The position numbers and the translations under genes were made by a program. A stretch of DNA of 64,000 nucleotides from the human T2T-CHM13v2.0 reference genome, Homo sapiens: the NCBI RefSeq assembly GCF_009914755.1, contig NC_060929.1; one strand, given 5' to 3'. Position 1 is the first letter of the stretch. Every line of letters begins with the position of its first letter. Below are positions 55,613 through 64,000 of this stretch, one piece after another. The notes below the pieces were generated by a model that saw only the letters and a program-made list of their open reading frames with translations, made no database searches and had not been told where the DNA came from.

Positions 55613-58600
55613 TTTTTTTTTTAGAGACAGTGTCACACACTGTCACCCAGGCTGCAGTACAGTAGCGCGATCATACCTCACTGTAGGAGGCAGAGCAAGA
55701 TGGCTGAGTAGAACCTGCCTGCAATTATCCTCCCTGCGGGAACACCAAACTGAACAACTATCCACATAAAAAAGCACCTTTTTAAGAACCAAAACTCAGG
55801 TGAGTGATCACAGTATCTGGTTTTAACTTCATATCATCGAAAGAGGCACTAAAGACAGCTGAAAAGACATACTTGAATTGCCAACACCACCCCTCTGCAT
55901 CCCCTGGCAGCAGCCACAAGGCACAGGGAGTGAATCTGTGTGCTTTGGGAAGAGACAGTGCCATGACTCTGTGACCTTGCATTGGAACTCAGTGCTTCCC
56001 TGTCATAGCGGAAAGCAACACCAGGCAGAACTACGCTGGCGCCTATGGAGGAAGCATTTATACCTGCCCTAGCCAGAGGGGAATTCTCATCCCAGCAGTC
56101 AAAACCTGAGTTTTGGCAAGCCTCCTACTGTGGGCTGAAGTGCTCTGGGGTTCTAAATAAACTTGAAAGGCAGTCTATGCCACAAAGACTGCAATTCCTA
56201 AGCAAGTCTTGTGCTGGGCTCACAGCCAGCGAAACTGAAGGGCACATGACTCAGGCAGACACCACCTGGCGGGAGCTGGGGGACCAAGGGAGTGCTTGTA
56301 CCACCCCTTCCTCACCCCTAGGCAGCACAGCTTGCAGCTCCAGGAGAGACTCCTTCCTTCTGCTTGAAGAGAGGGAAGAGTAAAGAGGACTTTGTCTTGC
56401 AATTTGAGTACCAGCTCAGCCCCAGTGAGGTAGAGCAGCAGGCAGAGTCCTGAGGCCCGTATTCCAGGACCTAGATCCTGGATGACATGTCTAGATACAC
56501 CCTCAGCGAGAAAAGAACCTGCCATCTTGAAGGGAAGGACCTTGGCCTGGAAGGATTCATCATCTGCTGACTAAAAAGAGCCCTTGGGGCCTGAATAATC
56601 AGAAGCAGTACCCAGGCACTACTTGCCATGGGCCTTAAGTGAGACTTAAGTGCTGGCTTCACGTGTGTCTCAGAGCATTCCTAGCTGTTGTGGCTATAGG
56701 GAAAAAAACTCCTTCTACTTGAGAAAAGAAGACATTAAAGAGGACTTTATCTTGCAGCTTAGGTACCAGTTAGGCCACAGTTGGGTAGAGCAACAAGTGG
56801 TCTATTGGCATCCCTGATTCCAGGCATTAGCTCTTGGATGGCATTTCTATAACTACCCTGAGCCAGAGAGAAGCCAACTGCCCTGAAGGTGAGTCCTAGG
56901 CCTGGCAGCACTCATCATAAGCTGACTAAAGAGCCTTTGGTCCTTGAATGAATATCATTGGTAGCCAGGCAGTACTCCCTGTGGGCCTGTGGTAGTGGTG
57001 GCCATGAGAAGAGACTCCTCTTCTTATGGAAAGGGGTAGGAAGAGTGGGAAAAACTATCTTGTGGCTTGGGTACCAGCTCAACCACAGTAGAATAGAACA
57101 CCAAGTAGGTTCCTAAGGTTTCTGATTCCAGTCCCTAGACACCAGATGTCATCTCTGGATGTGCCCAGGACCATGGGGAACTTGCCACCCTGAAGGGAAG
57201 GATACAAGCCTGGATGGCTTGACCATCTACTGATTGTAGAGTACTAGGGCCTTGACTGAACACAGGCAGTAGCCAGACAGTGATTATACTGCAGCCCCTG
57301 GGCAAGACCCAGTGCTATTCTGGTTCAGGTCTCACCCAGCACAGTCCCAATGGTGGTGGTCACAGGGTGCTTGTGTCACCCCTCCCCCAGCTCCACGTAG
57401 CTCAGTGCAGGGAGAGAGACAGAGAGAGAGAGAGAGATTGATTCCATTTGTTTGGGAGAAAGTTAAGAGTCTCTGCCTGATAATTCACAGAATTCTTCCA
57501 GATCTTATCCAAGACCACCAAGCCGGTACACCTCTATGCAAGAGCCACGGCATTGCTGGAAAGCCTTCCCAAGAAGGATGGGTATGAACAAGCCCAAACT
57601 GCAAAGACTATAACAAATACCTCTTTAATGCCCAGACACCAATGAACATTCACAAGCATCCAAAAGCCCATCCTGGAAAATATGACATTACCAAACAAAC
57701 TAAATAAGGCACCAGTGATCAATCCTTGTGAGACAGAGATACGTGACCTTTCAAAGAGAATTCAAAATAGCTGTTCTGAGGAAACTCAATGAAATTCAAG
57801 ATAACGCAGAGAAGGAATTCAGAATTTTATCAGACAAGTTTAACAAAGAGACTAAAATATATTTTTTTAAATTGAGCAGAAATTCTGGAGCTGAAAAATG
57901 CAATTGGCATACTGAAGAATGCATCTGAGTCTCTTAACAGAATTGATCAAGCAGAGAATCAGTGAGCTTGAAGACAGGCTATTTGAAAATACATAGGGGA
58001 AACAAAGGAACAAAGAAAAAAAAAGAATAAAGAATGCCTACAAGATCTAGAAAATAGCCTCAAAAGGGCAAATCTAAGAGCTATTGCCTTTAAAAGGAAG
58101 TAGAGAGAGAGAGCAGTAGAAAGTTTATTCAAAGGGATAACAGAATTTCTCAAACCTAGAGAAAGATAACAATATTCAAGCACAAAAAGATTATAGAACA
58201 CCAAGCAGATTTAACCCAAAGAAGAAAGACTACCTTAATGAACAAGGCATTTAATAATCAAATTCACAATGGTCAAAGATAAAGAAAGGCTCCGAAAAGC
58301 CACAAGAGAAGAAAAAACAAAAAACAAAAAACAAATAACACACAATGGAGCTCCAATACGTCCGTAACAGACTTTTCAGTGGAAACTTTATGGGCCAGGA
58401 GAGAGTGGCATGACATATTTAAAGTACTGAAGGAAAAAACTTTTATCCTAGAATAGTATATCTAACCAAAAATATCCTTTGAACATGAAGGAGGAATAAA
58501 GACTTTCCCAGACCGACAAAAGCTGAGGGATTTCATCAACACTAGATCTGTCCCACAAGAAATGCTAAAGGGAGTTTATAAATCTGAAAAAGAAGGATGT

Positions 58601-58899
58601 TAATGAGCAAGAATACATCATCTGAAGGTACAAAACTCACTTGTAATGGTAAGTACATACAAAAACACAGAATATTATAATACTGTAATTGTGGTGTGTA
58701 AACTACTAGTATCTTAAGTAGAAAGACTAAAAGATGAACTGATCAAAAATAATAACTACAACAACTTTTCAAGATATAGATAGTACAATAAGAGAGAAAT
58801 AGCTCATTGTAACCTGGAACTCCTAGACTCCAGCAATCCTCCTGCCTCAGCCTCCCAAGCAGCTAGGACTAAAGGCAGGTGCCACCATGCCTGGCTAGT

Positions 58900-58942
<43 letters not shown>

Positions 58943-59065
58943 CATTGTAGGGATGAGTTTTTGATATGTTGCCCAGGTTGGTGTCAAAGTCCTAATCTCA
59001 AGCAACCCTCCCACCTCAGCCTCCAAAAGTGCTCGGATTATAGGTGTAAGCCACTCTGTCTGGCC
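55613..59065 (-). mobile_element. AluJ split into 55613-55685 and 58799-59065 by an L1 insertion
   Basis: ttttagagacagtgtc...gcgatcatacctcactgta | atagctcattgtaacctggaactcctag...; (GTT)n expanded linker at ~58900-58941. Confidence 0.88.
55686..58798 (+). mobile_element. L1 (L1M1/L1MA-type) 5'UTR plus decayed ORF1 only; no ORF2 or 3'UTR
   Basis: Starts ggaggcagagcaagatggc; three related ~300-360 bp blocks in the 5'UTR (near 56346, 56706, 57011); ORF1 remnant REFKIAVLRKLNEIQDNAEKEFRILSDKFNKE; ends in inter-ORF sequence. Confidence 0.85.
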
Positions 59066-59144
59066 TATAACTCTGACTTTAAATTAGTCCTATGTAATTA
59101 TTTCATCAAGCAAACTAGAAGCACAAAGCAGTGAAATATTTTAG

Positions 59145-59390
59145 CTTTTAATTATAAAAAATTTCAAAAACAAAAAATGAAAGTTGACAAAAATAGTGAA
59201 ATAAACCTCCATTTAACAGTCTTTTAGCTTCAACAGTTACGAATTCATGGCTCACTTTGTTTCATGGTCAGCTTCATCTACTTCCAAAACACATTTAAGT
59301 ATTTTAATATATCTATAAAAGATAAGTCTCTTTAAAAATCATAACCATAATACCATTATTATATCTAAAAAAATTCAGCAAAAATGTTCA
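59145..59390 (-). mobile_element. Old L1MC/ME 3' end
   Basis: attataaaaaatttcaaaaacaaa...agcttcaacagttacgaattcatggc...aaaatcataaccataataccatt. Confidence 0.62.
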
Positions 59391-60899
59391 TGTGAAACTT
59401 ATGAAAAAGGAACTAAGAATAGTTTTATGTAGCTAATAATACACTGAATGATTTTTAAATCTCATTAAAATTTTACCACAGCTTTATAAAAACTGACCCT
59501 TTGTCAACAAGGGCTTTGGAATTCATAGCTAATCATTTTCTAACTATTTAAAACTCTATTAGCATCCAACGAGAATCTGATAATTCGATTGTTTATTTGA
59601 ACTTCCCTGATTTTTGTTCATTCTATCTTGCTTAGTGCTAGGCTGGATTTGGAAAAGTCAGATTGGCTGATAAAAAGAGATTGATAAGTTATGTGTTAAA
59701 GTATTGTGAAAGAGAAAGACATTGGTCTACAACTAATGACACAGAGATCTGTCCCTATTAAAAAGACCTATGATAAGTTAAATATGACCTAACCACTTTC
59801 CTTCAATTTGCTGACCAAATTTCTTTGACTAATATTGCTTTTATTTATTGCAATTTAATATTGAGATAATCCAAATGAAACAGCTTATTCTCTGACTGTT
59901 CCATCTTTAATTAATGAAAAAGGTAATTCAAAAAGTAATCTACTAATGTAACAGCCATAGGTGTGTATAGCAGTAATGTTTAGAAAGCACTTTTTGTCAC
60001 ACACATACACATTTGTACAGTAGCTCACTGAGATCAACAGGCAGGTGCAATTTCTGTTTTACAAATGAAGAAAGAGAGAAGTTCAAGTAATCTTCCCAAG
60101 ATTATACGTGAGCCTAGTAGGTATTTCATCAAAAAACAATTAATCATTTGGTTAAGTGTTTTAACTCTCTGAAAGTAAAGAAACCTTCTTCCGTTTTGTC
60201 AAACTGTATTTCATTTCTAAATAAGATATTTAAATTAACAGATACGGTTAAAGACTAAAAAAGAAATGTACAAGAGTATTACTGAAGGCTAAATTAAATC
60301 TACCATACAGATCACTTACCAAAAGTTGATTGTGTGGCTATATCATGTGTTATATACAAAAATAGAAAAACCAGAAATAGTATATACAATTTGAATTCTG
60401 AATCCTCTAATCATAAAGGATGAGATGAACTTAAGTCTCAGAAGGGTAACATATAAAGAACAGTGGAAGAGCTCTGAGCAGTGGCAGAGCTAGTTAGTAT
60501 TTCAAAAGGCATGCTAAAATTCACAAAACCAGGGAAAAGCCAGCTATGATAAAGGCAATGTATTTAGACTTTCGAACTGTCTATGGTTCTTTTCCTACCT
60601 ATGTAACTTTGCTTTCTGTGTTTTTATTCTTCAGCCTCTTCCTGAATACCTTTTCTTCTCCATGCCATTTGTTGTCCTCACACCTTTTCTCCATTTCCAT
60701 CTGTCACTCTACCTCCATTTACTAGTTCTCTTTTCCTCATATTTCTTCTGAATCCTTTTGCCCATTCTCATATCCTTTCTTAACTGGCTGGTCATAATAT
60801 GGAAGCATTTTAAGTATAATTCTTATATTAATTTAAAATCAGTAATATTAAACTTTTATTTATCTCAAAAGGAAATTTAAGTTTATATAACCCTATGAA

Positions 60900-61092
60900 A
60901 TTACTGGAATGTGTGTCTAGGTTGCAATCCAGCTCCACTTCTTACTAGCTACGTGACCTTAAGGAAGTTATTATCTGAAAAGTGTGAAAATGAGATACCA
61001 ACCTAAGGGGGTTCTTGTGACAATTCCTTCAGAAGACCTGCATGCCATGCGTATACTATACAATGCGCTTAACAAGGGCTACCCACTATTCA
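60900..61092 (+). mobile_element. MIR
   Basis: aatccagctccacttcttactagctacgtgacctt...gtgaaaatgagata. Confidence 0.62.
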
Positions 61093-62743
61093 ATGTACAA
61101 ACACTTCCTTTCTCTATCTACATGGAGCTGACATTTTGAACACTACTGGGCACTAACTTATTTATATCATTGTACTTGATAAAATAGAAATCACTTAATG
61201 AAAATCTCCATTATGACATGTTGCACCTACTCTCCAAACCATTAGAAACAGAAATGACAACAATACATAAACTGTCCTATTCTATATTTATTCATGAGGC
61301 TGAAGTTATACATCAGGGGGAAAAAGTGCAAGTTAAACAAAACTTCCAGTTAGTAAAATATCAGTAACAAGTTTAACTGTATATAACAGGTTTACCTGTA
61401 TTTTGCAATATATTTAAAATTATAGGTAATTTTTGAAAGTATCCAAATAACTGTTTGATACTTGAATATGGCAGCATATTCTACTGTTGTTAAAGTCTCT
61501 GGAAAGCAGAACAATGTGTATATACTCAAAATTAGGCTTTGTAATGGTCTTAAAGATATAAAATCTTGAGTAATAAGCAAAATAGTGAAGTTTCTTATTT
61601 GTAAAGGAAATATATCAGGAAGGTTTCCACTAAGGTATTTAACTCATATAGATATGAATAGACTTGATTTAAATGTATAATATTCCATAACAACAAAGAA
61701 CATACCCATCCCTGGAAGTCTGATGTATAATATGCAAAAAGAAAATGCACAGAAGCAAGAGCACGACCTTCAAAAAGTCACCTGTGTTTGTGAAAATATT
61801 TCAGACTAGACTTTAATATTTTAACAGGAGAAAATGCTTCCCAAGATGAATAAAATCTAACCAAGGTATAAAGCCCTAATAATCTGTATTTTAATCATAA
61901 ATGGAAGACAATAATTACTTGTTAAAAAAAAACAAACACCCTGATGTATGAATATAGAACATTTCTTACATATTCATGTTAACATTCCTTAAACAAGAAA
62001 ACCGATCATCAAAAAACAAAATCTAAAATTAGGTTATACATTTTTCATCATGTCAGACAAATAAATTCACAGCTCACTAAATGTTCTTTCTTACACTTCA
62101 AACAGCTTATAAAATCCCACCTCCTTTAAATAAGGTTCTCCAATAATGGGAAGTAAGATGGAGAATCCACCATCCATCGTAACTCAGTCCCCTTGGCATA
62201 AACACTTAAACTCTACAAAGAAAACCATGCTAGTAACAGGAAAGCACAGAAGACATTTTCTTTGTCACTTTTGGCAGAGAGGAAAAAAAGAAGTCTTTTA
62301 TACAAATCTGTTTAACTTTTTTAAATTAGAAGGTCAGAAAGGGCAGAGCTCACATTGTACAACATCAAGACATATACTCATCTCTCCAACTGGAGGGGTC
62401 AAAGGAAGTTTTGGGGTATTTTCATGATAACTCTTCTACCCAAGTCCAAGTTAACATATGTAAGTAGCACAGGGCCTGACTGACAGTAAGTACTCAATAA
62501 ATATTTATTGAATACATGAATGAGTTAAATCAATCCAGTGCTTTGATTTGGACCTCAGTGCCTCACAATGTCTGTCTCTCCCACACAGTTTCTTCAGTTT
62601 CTGGCCCTTTTCCTCTAACTACAGGAATTAAAATCAAGTACAAGAGGTTGGACAAGGAAGAGGTGCCATATACCTAGAGTCCTTCTTTACTCTCCCAGCA
62701 CAAATCTCTCCCCCCTCCTCATAATTTCAAAAGATACACATTA

Positions 62744-63066
<323 letters not shown>

Positions 63067-63084
63067 GGCAGACAACAGTTTCTA

Positions 63085-63290
63085 CAACTTCAGATGGTTA
63101 AGACTTGCATCCAGAGTCAAAAGGACTGGATTTGAATCAATCATTTCACAACCCAACAGTCACATACTTAACCTCTGCTAACTCTAATAATCTCGTAAAC
63201 AGAATTGCCATAGGGCATCTCCCATTGAGTTGTAAGGATTAACAAGGATAATGCAAGTAAAGAATTCACATAATATAAACTTGGTAAAAT
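63085..63290 (+). mobile_element. MIR
   Basis: ggttaagacttg...ggatttgaatc...ttgtaaggattaacaaggataatgcaagtaaag. Confidence 0.62.
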
Positions 63291-64000
63291 TGCTTTAAAT
63301 CAGTTAATTTGGCAAAAGATAGAAAAGATTATATGTTAATCTGGAGGAAATACCTAAATTTTCAGAATTTCATTTAAGAAACAAAATCATCAAGAAAAGC
63401 ATATATTTGCTCAATGATGTATTTGGATTAGTTTTGTTGAGGAGACTCAGTCTCTTGAAATATTAGGTAATTTGTACTTACCTAATATTGTGGAATTCAC
63501 TATATTCAGAGTATACATGAGTGAAATGAGGGCCTGACTGGGAGTAAATATTAAATGTAATTCAATTCACAAATGTTCACCACCAACTACATAGTAATGC
63601 ACACTTTCAAAAAAATAAAGGCCCTGTCTAGTATATCTGTGTTTGCAATGGTAGTGATGGTGGGATAATGTGCACAAGTATCCACAATAACATGAGATAA
63701 ATGCTAAAACGATTATGTAAAAATTGCCCTGGCTTCGAAGAAGAGAAAGCAATTGGTTTTATGTATTTGGATTCCCATTTGGTTCTACATAAAACGAAGA
63801 TAGAGGATACAAAAGGAGAGCCTTTCCAAAGATAATTCCAGAGATGGAAATGAGGTAGGGACCATTGTAAAGAAAAAAAAAATAGGGACAAGGGCCCAGA
63901 GATGTGAATGTACAAAGTATATGAGAGAATAAAAAAGTGCAGGTATCAAATTCTGGCTTTGCCCTAGACAGCACTATTAACAGTTGGTCACATTATTTAA

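Noticed and set aside
56340-57330. Three ~300-360 bp diverged direct repeats
   Set aside because: Most simply the internal repeat structure of the L1M1/L1MA-type 5'UTR, not a separate element.
60320-60337. 18-nt in-frame microexon candidate (tag|CCACACAATCAACTTTTG|gtaagt)
   Set aside because: No pyrimidine tract next to the AG and no UGC motif typical of SRRM4 microexons; cannot be supported from sequence.

Overview
Primate (human-like; AluY, L1PA and HERV-L present) genomic DNA from inside the large gene FBXL17, which is transcribed on the minus strand. Only two short coding exons are present: 40661-40768 (108 nt, VTDQSVKAFAEHCPELQYVGFMGCSVTSKGVIHLTK) and 2663-2793 (131 nt, LRNLSSLDLRHITELDNETVMEIVKRCKNLSSLNLCLNWIINDR). 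They splice in frame across a ~37.9 kb GT-AG intron and encode leucine-rich repeats; neither appears in the ORF track. The rest is intron, dominated by transposable elements: about 20 Alus, a full-length decayed L1PA, older L1M/L1PB fragments, MaLR/ERVL/ERV1 LTRs, a truncated HERV-L, MER DNA transposons, L2 and MIR. The tracked ORFs are TE relics or noise. I found no convincing new biological system. The best leads are (1) candidate Alu-derived poison exons, especially 9204-9301, (2) two multi-step templated-insertion scars at 23500-23825 and 33876-34104, (3) a 5'-intact, 3'-less L1 with target-site duplications at 55686-58798, and (4) two L1s inserted at the same site, one with a twin-priming inversion. 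Repeat subfamily names and exon numbers are from recall and by-eye comparison; old-repeat boundaries are approximate.
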